Shown here: piece by piece, positions 52,201 through 64,000 of the stretch
Layout of the letters: every line of letters starts with the position of its first letter
Numbering within the stretch: position 1 is the stretch's first letter
NCBI RefSeq assembly: GCF_009914755.1
Contig: NC_060929.1
Strand: one strand, 5' to 3'
Length of the DNA stretch: 64,000 bases
Source: the human T2T-CHM13v2.0 reference genome, Homo sapiens
The notes under the pieces: model-generated
Database searches by the model: none
What the model was told of the DNA's origin: nothing
The model's input: only the letters and a program-made list of their open reading frames with translations
Made by a program: the position numbers and the translations under genes

Positions 52201-53456
52201 TGGTTCCAAAAAGAATCATCACATTTACTACATAAGGCAGATAACTGAAAGTTTATCCTAGAGGCAAAATACTTTTTATTTCTACCCTCAAGCATATCCC
52301 TATAATTATCTATTCCTAGTCTTTTATTAGTACATGTTCTCCACACAAATAAAGCAGGTTAGTGATCTCTAATCCTGAAGGTCATTGTTTCCCAAATCCA
52401 TAAAATTGAATTTACTCCTCGAATTTGCAGCCTTTATTTTATCACATTAGCAATAGAAGATCATTCACATAATCTCTAATAGTTTTCCACATTACTTTTT
52501 AAAAGTTAAAGAAAATGGTGATTATTTGAAAATTAAGGACTTAAATATGTTTGACATGTTGAAAGCCTTGTATCTTATGTATTTCTTCTGAAGCGTTTTG
52601 TCATTTAAAGCTAGCTTTAGGCTTAGGGATATTTATCCAGTGGCAACATGACGATAAACATGTCTCACTGCCCTCCTTGCCAACTCCCTATCCCTTTTAT
52701 TGGTAAGACTCACGGTTTTGTTATGAAATATTCATGTTTGGAATTTCAGGCTGCTCCATCCTGTCAAGTGGATGACAGTCGCCTGGAAGGCAGCTGTGCA
52801 TGTAAATTAATCAACCTTACTTATCTGCCCAAATATATCTTCTGTTTCTTAGGGATTGAAAAAAATACCTAGCCATTTCCAAAGCACTGTGCAATGAATG
52901 TAGACTTGGGAGATTTTTGTAGATTTGACTGTTTTCTTCTCCAATATACCTGGACAGTTGCCATTATTATCTTCTTGAACACTTTGCAAAGCCATTTATG
53001 AATAAACAGAAGTGCTGCAATTGGCCTTTCTCACAAAAATTTTGTGTGGGTTCATTCAGTTGCTCAGGACACAAAGACACACAGTGTACTTCATTAGTGT
53101 CCTTGCATTGTACTCTGGTTCTCAAACTGATCCTTAGAAAGGTTGTAGCAAAATAACCTTATAAATCAGAACTTTTGGACTGAGGCCAAGGACACTATTT
53201 TGCACATGCATTTTCACTGAACAGCTTGGAGTCCAGATACCTTAACTAACATCTTTACAATCTGGCTCTAACAGATATTCTACTGCTCCTGTTTGATCAC
53301 GTTAGGTACACTGAAATGTTCATGTATTTTGGCATGCATACTCTCCAGTTCCTCCATGCACTTGTGGTTTTCTCTGCCTAGTCTACCATTGCCCTTTTAT
53401 GTTTAAAAAACTCTTGATCATTATTTTTTTCATAAGAAGCATGCTTAGATATACCT

Positions 53457-55815
53457 TTTATTTACATATGTATATTAAATTTTTAGGCATATATAACAGT
53501 TGTACATTCTTATGGAATACATGTGGTATTTTGATAATCATATAATGCATGATGATCAAATCAGGGTAATTGGGATATTCATTACCTCAAACATTTATGT
53601 TTTTTCTGGTGTTGGTAACATTCCAAATCCACTGTAGTTATTTTGAAATATACAATACACTATTGCTAACTATAGTTGTCCTATTCTGCTATAGAATATT
53701 AGTTCATATTCCTTCTAACTGTGCATGTCCATTAACCAACTTCTATTTATCCCCTTCTCCCCCAGTACCCTTCCCACCCTCTGATAACCATCATTCTATT
53801 CTCTACCTTCATGAGATCAATATTTTGAGCTCCTGCGTATGAGCAAGAATATGCAATATTTGTCTTAATGTGCCTGATTTATTTCACTTAACCTAATGTC
53901 CTCTAGTTCCATCCGTATTGCTGTAGAAGACAGAGTTCTATTTTTTTTTTTATGGCCGAATAACGTCCCATTGTGTATATATGCCACAATTTATCTGTTC
54001 AGCTGGGTTCATGGAAGTTTGGTTGATTCCATATCTTAGCTATTGTGAATAGTGCAGCAGTAAACATGGGAGTGCAAATATCTCTTTGATATACCAATTT
54101 CCTTTCTTTTGGATATATACTCAGCAATGAGATTGCTTGATTGAACAGCAGTTCTGTTTTTAGTTTTTTGAGAAATCTCCATACTGTTTTCCATAGTACC
54201 TATACTAATTTACAATCCCACCAACAGTGTCCAAATGTTCCTCTTTCTCCACTTTCTCCCCAGCATTCATTATTATTTATCTTTTTGGTAGAAGTCATTT
54301 TAATGGGTAGTATGATATCTCACTTTGTTTGCATTTCTGTAATGATTAGTGATGTTGAGCATTTTTCATATAACTATTGGCCATTTGTATGTCTTCTTTT
54401 AAGAAATGTCTATTCAGATTTTGGCCCATTTTAAAATCAGATGATTATTATAATTATTTTGCTATTAAGTTATTTGAGTTATTTATTTGTTCTGATTATT
54501 AACCTTTTGTCACTTAAATTGTTTGAAAATATTTTCTCCCATTCTGTAGTTAGTCTCTTCCCTTTGTTGATTGTTTCCTTTGCTGTGCAGAAGCTTTTAA
54601 ACTTGATGTGACCCCATTTGTCCATTTTTCCTTCAGTTATCTCTGCTCTTCAGGTCTTACTCAAGAAATTTTCTCCCAGAGCAATGTCTTGAAGTATTTT
54701 CTCAATGTTGTATTCCAGTAGTTTCATAGATTCAGGTCTTAAATGTATGTATTTAATCTATTTTGACTTAGTTTTTCTACATGGTGAGAGATAGAGACCT
54801 AATTTCATTCTTTGGCATATGGATAACCAGTTTTCCCAGCACCATTTGTTGAAGAGACTATCTTTTCCCCAGTGTATGTTATTGGCACCTTTGTGAGATA
54901 TCAGTTGACTGTAAATGTGTGAATTCATGTCTAGGTTCTGTGTGTCTGTGTGTGTATGTGTGTGTTTTAATGCTATTAACATGTTGCTTTGGTTACTATA
55001 GCTTTGTAGTATAATTTGAAGTCAGGTAATGTGATACTTCCAGCTTTAGTTTTTTTTTTTTGCTCAGGATTTATTTGACTCTTCTGGGTCTTTTATGGTT
55101 TCACATAAATTTTAGTGTTGCTTTTTCTATTTCTGTGAAGAATGTCATTGATATTTTGACAGAGATTGCATTGAATCTGTTGATAACATTGAGTAGTATG
55201 AACATTTTAACAATGATGACTCTTTCAATCCATGAACACAAGATATAGATATCTTTCTGATTTTGTGTTCTCTCTCATGTATTTCATTAATGTTTAATCT
55301 TTCACTTTATTGGCTGTTTAATTCTAGGTATTTTATTTTATTTTAGCCACTGTAAATGGGATTCCTTTCTTGGTTTCTTTTTCAGATTGTTTGCTGTTGA
55401 CATAGAAATACTACTGAGTTTTGCATGTTGATTTTGTAACCTACAACTTTACTAAATTTATTTATCAGTTCTAATTTTTTTGTGTGGAGTCTTTAGGTTT
55501 TTCTCAATAAAAGATTATATAATCTGCAAATAAAGATAGCTTGACTTCTTCCTTTCCAATTTGGATTTCCTTTCTTTCTTTCTCTTATCTAATTGCTCTA
55601 GCTAAGACTTCCAGTACTATGTTGAATAACAATGGTGAAAGGGGCATCCTTCTTATGTTTCAGATTGTAGAGAAAAATATTTCACTTTCTTCCCCATTCA
55701 GTATGATACTAGCTGTGGATCTGTCATATATGGCCTTTATCATGTTGAGATATGTTCCTTCTGTACCCAATTTGTTGAGAGTTTTTATCATGAAGGGATG
55801 TTGAATTTTACCAAG
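53457..55815 (-). mobile_element. L1MA-type element, 3' ~2.35 kb
   Basis: gatcaaatcagggtaattgggatattcattacctcaaacatttat 3' UTR. ORF remnant HIYSQLISHKGANNIHWGKDSLFNKWCWENWLSICQRMKL. An internal (TG)n at about 54939-54964. Confidence 0.94.
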
Positions 55816-56179
55816 TTCAAATACTATTTTTTTCAAGCAGAGTCTGTAACTCTATCTTCTATGCACCTACAACTAGTTGTATCTTTCGGGCATTAATTTT
55901 TTTTTTTTTTTGCTTCAGCATACAGTTAAGTATTTGCTAATCTAATATGCTCTTGGATTTTGAATTCTGAAGTACAAGAGTTATATCTTTCTTTTAAACC
56001 TTGCTATTACTGGATTGATTTTCTAATGGTATTTATTCTATTTGCAACAATCTGACAAGTTCAAATTTTGAAAATGATTTTTAAAATATAGAAATTGTGA
56101 ATGCTTTCCATAATGTAAGTGTCCAGTGTTCTTACATTGATACTTACAGTGTAAGGTTACCTTAGACACTTACTTTTTC

Positions 56180-56454
56180 ATATATATATACACAAATATA
56201 TATACACACACATATATACATATATACATACATATACTTATATGTTTTATATGTATGTGTGTACATAATATAGATACATATGTATATCTATATGTATATA
56301 TGTATACACATATGTATACATATATACGTATGTATATATGTATCTATATTATATACACCTTTGTATATATGTATATATGTATCTATATTATATACACCTA
56401 TGTATGTATGTATCTACACACATATGTATATATGTATCTATATTATATACACCT
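56180..56454. repeat. TA/CA-rich low-complexity tract with three identical 30-bp units
   Basis: tgtatatatgtatctatattatatacacct at 56331, 56370 and 56425. Confidence 0.93.
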
Positions 56455-56699
56455 TTTAATTTGGAGTACTTTAAAGAGCTTCCCAAAATTTTATCTATAG
56501 CAAATCACGAGTTCATAAATTTGAGCTTCATTCATTAAATGAGTTGAACAAAAAATATCCCTTTGTAGCCTTGAAATACTCGTCAGTTAATTGTTGTCAT
56601 GAGGTTCAGTTTGCAAAAGTTATTTTGAAGAAATATATAGATATCTTCAAAATTTGTTTAAGTGGTTGTTTTCTATTAATGAACCGTAAAAGGAGCCAT

Positions 56700-57065
56700 A
56701 AGAGATCACCTTTCATTACCTTGTCTCTAGTTTGACCCAAACCATTTATTTTTTATGAGTCTTTAGAGAAGAAGAGCCTATAGCCTGAATCATTTCAGTG
56801 ATTAACAATGTTCACTACCAAGACAGTTTTATTTGTTTTTAATCTAAGTTACTAAAAGTAGGTCTATTTCCTTTTGTCTTGTCTTCAGAAAAGATGGAAA
56901 ACAGCAGGTTACCATCCTCTGCAGAGAAACCACTCATATATTTGAAGACCATCAATAAGCCATCCTCCTCCAGGCTAAACAATCTCTGTCCCTTTAGCCT
57001 CTAAAATTGCTCTTGTAGTCCAACATGTTAATCATCTTTGTAGCTCTTCTCTGAACATTATCCTA
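56700..57065 (-). mobile_element. L3/CR1 LINE remnant
   Basis: catatatttgaagacc...ctcctccaggctaaacaatctctgtcc...atcatctttgtagctcttctctgaaca is typical reverse-strand L3. Confidence 0.7.
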
Positions 57066-58289
57066 CTCCTATAAGTTGTAGATTGCATAATGCTTTTCTA
57101 GGTGAGGATTCAGTACATTTTGTTTTGATTGATTACAAAAAAGAACATTTTTTTAATAGGCAATTTAGTAGAGCTTTACAGTCACATATTTTTCAGAACA
57201 TTCCCTACTGAAAACTCTTCTATGTGCTCCAAATATGGTTAATATAATGAATTAAATGTGCAAGAGAGAATATCCTATGGCTACTTTTATTACAATTTAA
57301 GTATGTAAATTTAGCCACTTAATTATACATCAGAGTACTTTAAATGGATCACTATGACTGAACTCCAGCAACCCAAAATAGAGCCTGGCTGCATTGAGTT
57401 TAACTGCTATAATCAACCTGAATTTACAAATCCATAGAAATTTGGTATAATACATATAATGGAGAAAGATGATAAACTGACCCTGAATGGGTCATTATTT
57501 TAGAAATGATGTTGCACTATTGTGGTTCTAAACCTATCAATCCCATTTTCTTTTTAGTTGCCCCTGGTGACCAGTCATCTCCATTATGTAGCTATGGCTC
57601 CCAGGTAACCTATGGCCAAGAAAAGATAGTAACTATACACATGGAAGCTAATAGGGCCCCCATTTAGTACAGGGATTGTAACCATTAGAAATTCTCCTTT
57701 ATATAAAGATATGTAACCCTTTTGGTTTTAACCTTTTCCTTTTACACTATTTATCCATACTAGTAGTAGACTAGAAAACTTAAATGCAAATAAATGCTGA
57801 AGAGAAGTTGAAATAATATTGAAATTTTTAGAAATTTTAGTCATTCCAAGGAGATGTTACTTGTATTATTTCTAGTCCTTCTCTATTCCTGATACAACAT
57901 GGGTATTCTAAGCAGTAGATCCTTCTTTAGTGTTAATAGCATGCTCCAAATTATATGGAAAATATAAGGCCTCATCTTTCCACTGCCCATACTTGCCCCC
58001 AAGTACAGTGATATTATGAGTAAAGGCCAAGGATATGTATCTAAGAGTGAAAATTTAGGTTAATAAGGAAATTTGGATTTGTGTCTGTTGGATTGTGTGT
58101 GTTAGTGTATGTTCTTTTTTTAGGCCATCTTTTTGTACTTATTTTCTCCATTAGAATTGCATTAGCTGGGCTGCTACAACAAGCTAAGCCTGGGTATTTG
58201 TACTGCTAGGAAGAAAATGTGTGCCATCAACAGTTTAATTAGGCAACTGGATGGAAAAGAGGAAAAGAATCATTTCCCAGACCTCTTAG

Positions 58290-58845
58290 AAATGTTTTGT
58301 TGAGGGAAAAAGCAGTCAATATAGATATATTGATATACTAATAAAGATACAAATATACTTATTAATCCATCAATCAATCTATCTATTTATCTATCTATTT
58401 TCTGAGCTATCACAAGGAATTGGTTTACATGATTGTGGGGAAGTAATTTGAATCCACAGGGCAAGAAGTCAGGAAGTGAAGATCACAAGCAGACTGAAAC
58501 TCTGAAGCTTCATGATGAAGCTGTTGTCACAGGTAATGAGGAAGGGAAGGTTCTATAAAGGAAAAACAAAGTGTAGACCAAAAATATCAGAGCATGGCTA
58601 AGGACAGTGCCTAAGTCTTTTTAAAAAGGCTTCCACTGATTAGGTCAGGCTCATGAGGATAGACCCTGTACTTTATTTAATTACAATTTTAATTACATCA
58701 GCAAAATACCTTCACAGCCAGCACTTAAGTTAGCATTTGATTGAAAGACTGGAAGAAGATGTATGTATGCTACAAAATGGCTGCTGTAGTTCCTTCTGCC
58801 CTCATATTTTATGTTGCCAATTTGACACCTTAAAAAAGTCATCAT
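58290..58845 (-). mobile_element. MLT2-type ERVL solo LTR
   Basis: aaggaattggtttacatgattgtgggg...cactgattaggtcaggctca...ttaattacatcagcaaaataccttcacagc...gccaatttgacac terminus. Confidence 0.82.
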
Positions 58846-59139
58846 AGACAGGTCTGGATGTTTTTCCCAGACATTTTTCTCAGTGGGCGTCTATCAGGGA
58901 TTCCTCTGATCATTGCAGTTGTGAGAACAGAATTCAGAGGTCTGAATCGTGATCTTTTGCAGGCAAGTCTGTAGATCAAACTATTATACCTAGATGCTAA
59001 ATTAAAAACAAAATGAAAAGCAAAAAATCCCTCAAAAATCGATGATGGCATAAAATTTGAGAACTAGAAGAAATCGTATACATTACTGTGCTTATTTTCT
59101 CATTGTTATAGTGCTAGTTAGTAACAGAGTCACATCGAA

Positions 59140-59318
59140 TGGCCTAATCATATCATATCTTAATAACACTTAAAGACACTACTCCATGATAGTTACCTGT
59201 GGAAACCAAGGAAAAGGGAGGCTAAATAACTTCCCAAGTTACTGTTAGTAAGGGAGGTAGGATTCAACATAGATGGCCTAATTTCCAAGGCTGTTTTTAA
59301 CCTGCGTGCTCTACTACA
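59140..59318 (-). mobile_element. MIR fragment
   Basis: tgtggaaaccaagg...gaggctaaataacttcccaag...ggattcaac...ttaacc. Confidence 0.6.
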
Positions 59319-60072
59319 TATCCCAGACTAGAATACACATATCACAACTGCTGGCCACATAGTGTATTTTTTTCTAGTAGTTTCTCATTTAGTATGGAAA
59401 AATCATCTCAAATTACTTTTATCATTTGGCAGGTAGGAAAATCCATCATCTAATGGCTTTTTTTCTTTAATTCTAATTCTTCCCTTTTTTAACTCCATTC
59501 TTTCTCTCCTAAGAAAAATATCTAAAATATATTTCTGTGTTTTGACTTGTACCCATTTATTAGTTTCCATTTCTTTTCTCTTTCTGTGACTTCAATAGAT
59601 GAATTTTATCAAAAGGTTGTTCAGATATTCAAGAGTCCCCTTCTTATTTTCACTAGCTTTTTAAACTATAAGCTTAGCAAGATTTCAAGCTTATAATAGC
59701 TATTCTTTTTGAATATCTGAAGTCTAGAATTTTAGTTTAACATTTATTTTTCCTAAATCACACACATTTAAAGATCTTTAGATGTGGCATGTACAAAAGA
59801 TTAATCGCAAGTCTAACATGAATCTGGAAAGCTGTTATTTCCTAGGGCAATATGGAATTACAAACCTGTTATTCCTTATAGTTTTTTTCTGTAGATATGA
59901 TTCTGGTAGGTTGTACTAACTGCAAATGACTTTCATCCAACAGCAGGTTTGAAATGACTTATTTTCATACAAAAATAAAACCATATTAAAAAATCAAAAG
60001 CACTAAACAACAAAAATGAATAATCAAAGACTCTAAAGTAAAGATCATACACATGCCAAAAAAAATCACACA

Positions 60073-60365
60073 CTTTTCATAGCTATATTGGGGCTTAATT
60101 TATGTACCATAAAACTCACCTGTTTAAAGTGTACAATTCATTATTGTCTTAGAATATTTAGAGAGTAAAAAATAAAACTTTCTTTGGAGGAATAACTATT
60201 CAAATCCTTTCCATTTTTAAATTGTGTGATGTGCCTTTTTGTAATTTAGTTGTAAGCATTCTTTATGTATTCTAGGTACAAATCCCTTACCAAATATATG
60301 ATTTGTAAATGTCTTCTCCCATTCTATGGGTGGTCTTTTTACTTAATGATGTTCTTCAAAGCACA
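60073..60365 (-). mobile_element. L1MB/MC-like 3' end joined to an ORF2 fragment
   Basis: taccataaaactcacctgtttaaagtgtacaattca 3' terminus. It then jumps to ctttggaggaataactattcaaatcc...ttctcccattctatggg. Confidence 0.75.
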
Positions 60366-62489
60366 AGGGATATATGTCATATTTTAAAAATCACCAATTT
60401 CTTTAAATAGTTACATGAATCTAAACAATTAACTGGTTAATTGGAGGAAGAAGTATTCTGGTTCCACTTCTAATATCATATAACATAAATTAGAGCAAGT
60501 AGATAACATGGTATTTAATGGCTGTACCTTGGTCAAGGATCATTGAAATGACTGGCTTAGTATTCTAAAATATTTGCAGTGAGTGTTTATATCTACTTTT
60601 ATGCATTCTTTTTTTCTTTTCAGTTAATACTCTTGGATAATGTATTTAAGGATGCTTAAGGTAAGCCATTTGAATTTTATCTGAGTCTTAGTTTATAGAT
60701 GCAATAAGATTCTGCCTACTGAATTTTCTCTTCTTCTGAGATTTGGTTAGCCCGTTTTCTAGCAAGCTAGGACAAATTTCTGTAATTAGTATTATAAATA
60801 TTTATAAAAGACTACAGTAGACACAATTTAGCTTTTTGAATTTTGCATAAATGCTACCTTATTCACTATGTCGAGTATTTCCCTTACAAATTAATTTTTA
60901 TACTAGTGCATTCAAAAACAATGTCTTGAGAGATTTCCCACATCTATTGAACTAGAGATGACAAACTGCAATTGAAATAAAATACAAACATTTTCCAAAT
61001 GTCAACATTTGTTTACATTTTACATAGGTTTCTAGGAGTCTTATCATAAACTATTATAAATAAAGGTGGTGCAATCTAGTACATTGTTTTTTCCTGCTCT
61101 AGTTGACGTACTCATTCAATTTTCTAGAAACACCCGTAACTTTAGATCTATATATCACAAGTTAATCATCTTGATATGTAATTACTTTTATGATTAGTTT
61201 ATGATTTTATTTGAGCCCTTTGTGTGAAGATAGTGAAAGCTTTTTATCTTACACTGATTTTATACCATCTTCAACTTTGTAAGAAGCCTTTTAATCAGAA
61301 AGGCTAAGAAATTAGTCAACAGCATTTATTTGATAATATAGTTTTAAAAAGGTAGAAATATTATAGGTTTGATATTCTTTTCCAGGTTATAAAAATTATG
61401 TATGAGTTTTCATAATGTTAACAGTGGAGGTGATGGGAATAAATATGAATTGGGTAATTTTCTACTTGGAGGAAACCAAGGCAACATAAATAATCTTTAA
61501 GTGATTTAGTTATGTAAAATTACTTATTGGTCTTTTGAATGACTCTATTCTTGTTCATTTAACTAGGTTGTATCACACAGAATCATTCATTGTAAAATAA
61601 ATTATAAATTGTGCTTCTAAAAATATTGCGATATTCTCATCATGATTTGTCATTCTTCTAGCAACAATGTTAAAGTGATTGATGCATTCTAAAGAACTGC
61701 AAAACAGAAACAAAATAAAATAAGAAAGTTTGAAAGTGTAAGATTTTATAAGTTCATAGCAGACACACCATAGATGAAGTTAGGGATGTTAACAAAATTC
61801 TGTATAACAAGCAAGAGTGCTGAAGAAATAAATAGGTTGCAGCTTCATATGAAGCTCTTCTCCTTCTCAAGAGAAAACTGCTTTTTTACATGAAGTCTCT
61901 AATAACATAATGTGGTTTGAATCCTTGTCCATAAAGTATGTTGTGCATTTCTTTTTATTGTCGTGGGCCCAGCCCCTGCTGGGACAAGTCAGCTGTGAGA
62001 GATTGAAATTCTCTCCTTCACTTCAGCTGCAGCTGCCAAGACTCTGCCTCCCAGGCCTGTATTCACCAAAACAGTGATTACCTTGGACACTTGCTAAATC
62101 GTGGAAACCTCATTTGCACCTAAATACAGTCTATGTACATGAATAATAATTGCTTGTCTTTCGGGTGGAATTACGTAAACATACAGAGAAGCTACATACT
62201 TGGACATATTTATGACAGCTTGGCCAAGAGTTTTCAAAAATCATTACATCAGGCTAATTAATCTTTTGAATTTTGCACAAGGAAGTCTGTTCACATTAAC
62301 CAATGCCAACCTTTCCTTCTCCCCATCTCCTGCTGTTCCACATCTGAAACCAAACTGCCTTGCCCAACCAATTTCATTGAACATAGCCTTAATAGACAAC
62401 ATTTACTGAGAATTTGACAAGCATGGGACTCTAAACTAAGGACTTTATATGTGGGAAGAATATTTTGTAAAATATTGGAGAGATAGTCA

Positions 62490-62692
62490 TGGCACAATAA
62501 TTTAAAACAGCATGAATTATGTATTCAGATATACCCAAATTCAATTCTTGGCTACGTCTCATGCTAACTTGGACTTAAACTTTCTGTTTCAGTTTCTGCA
62601 TATTGGAATTAAGGGGGGTAATTATAACTTGGAAATTTTTTGAGAGACTTCTCCCAGGACATGGAGCCAGTCACTTGAGGAATCAACATAAA
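62490..62692 (+). mobile_element. MIR fragment
   Basis: ttcagatatacccaaattcaattcttggct...cttaaactttctgtttcagtttctgcat. Confidence 0.55.
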
Positions 62693-62985
62693 AACCAAGG
62701 ACTCAAGTCCCTGTTCTTATCAATAAGTTTTATTGTCACCATTAATTTTTGATAGCTCTTCCACTTTTAACAAGGGTGTTGAGACCCTTCAAGGTATTGA
62801 AAAATATAGCTCTATTTATGGCTTATCAGAAATAGGAAAAATATGACATTATTTTATATTTCTGAACAATTTAAATTCATACCATGCATTTTAAGTTTTG
62901 AAAACTCTCCTACAGTATTTCCCACAGCTCATCCACTCCTGTCTTTCCAAGTGCTTTTCTTAACTCAGCTCTGATAAATAATTTT

Positions 62986-63037
62986 GTACAGTGTGCAGGG
63001 TTGTGCATGGGTACAGTGTGCAGGGTTGTGCATGGGT
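62986..63037. repeat. Perfect 25-bp tandem duplication
   Basis: gtacagtgtgcagggttgtgcatgg at 62986-63010 and 63011-63035. Confidence 0.95.
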
Positions 63038-64000
63038 GGCAGGGAGTCATGGCATATGTATGAGGAAGGAGTTGCAGAACTGAATACAAGTAGTGGGTTT
63101 GAAGAAATAAAAGACTTGATTCCATTTTCTAACTTCTCATTTTGTCACATGTGTTCTGTGACTATGAAAGTGGTGTGTTTCTCAGTATGGATGACTATCA
63201 CTCATAAACTGGAAACTTTTGGCTCTAATTGTTTCTTTTAACACCAGTATAGAATATGGCAAGGAAATATTAAGGCGAGTGAAGGAGAAAAGATAAAGAC
63301 TGTTTTTGATGTTATTAAAATCTAAGTAATAACCATAAAGGGTTACATAAATGAACATAAATCTACAGGCCATTAGAATGAATTTGCTGTTAGTTTTATT
63401 TTATGAAGAACTTGGGGTGAACCCTTGAGCTCTCGTCATTATGTGGATTTTATCCCAAAGTATCCTATGGGCTGGATTAGAGGAAACACAATAAGATTTA
63501 TAAAATGTTATTTTTAACTCTCTTTATTGGCACTTTGTGCATGCACATACAAATGTAACTTTACAGCACCCCTGCATTGTGCATGATAACCTGAAGATGC
63601 TGAAGAAACAGAAACTCAGATTTCATTGGATTAACACTTATTTTTACCCAGTGGAGTGCAGGTCAAAGGCACTCCATAAACTGAATTTGTAACTCTAGGA
63701 AGCAATGTTCTGAACCAGAAAGCAGGAAAGAGTATTAATCAAAAGTGAAAAGGTTCTGCTGAAAGCGGAACAGTCTTGGAAAATGATTTTAAAGATCACT
63801 TGCCATGCACACAATTATTTTGTATTTGCAGTTCATGCCAAGAGTTTAAAGAAAACTGATGGGAAATTTCATTATTCAAGTATGCACTGTATGTACAATG
63901 TAATCCCAGTCACTCACTGGGGCAAGGCAAAAGTGACATTAAGACACAATATTTTAAAAATCTAATTGTTCCGTACTATACAAAGTGAGCTTTCATTGCA

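Noticed and set aside
56255-56538. Y/I/M-rich ORFs, and 30-bp repeats with spacers as a CRISPR-like array
   Set aside because: This is eukaryotic low-complexity TA DNA. The spacers are themselves TA-repeat sequence of unequal length and there are no cas genes.

Overview
Primate (probably human or another catarrhine) nuclear DNA: AT-rich, CpG-depleted, intronic or intergenic. It is dominated by decayed interspersed repeats: AluJ/S/Y, FRAM, MIR, L1M/L1PB, L2, L3/CR1, MaLR and ERVL LTRs, MER5A and MER6A. There is a long (TTTC)n tract and a TA-rich tract. I see no intact protein-coding gene, RNA gene, CRISPR array or prokaryotic system. The listed ORFs come from repeats, microsatellites or chance. 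The most notable structure is at 42158-45110: an old L1 that appears to have been interrupted by a THE1 LTR and then collapsed by a deletion. This places a DUX4-type motif, an extended CTCF motif and a perfect splice donor within about 260 bp. Several plus-strand candidate exons and enhancer-like motif clusters are flagged as hypotheses only. Subfamily calls and most boundaries are by eye from remembered consensus sequences and are approximate. I cannot identify the locus.
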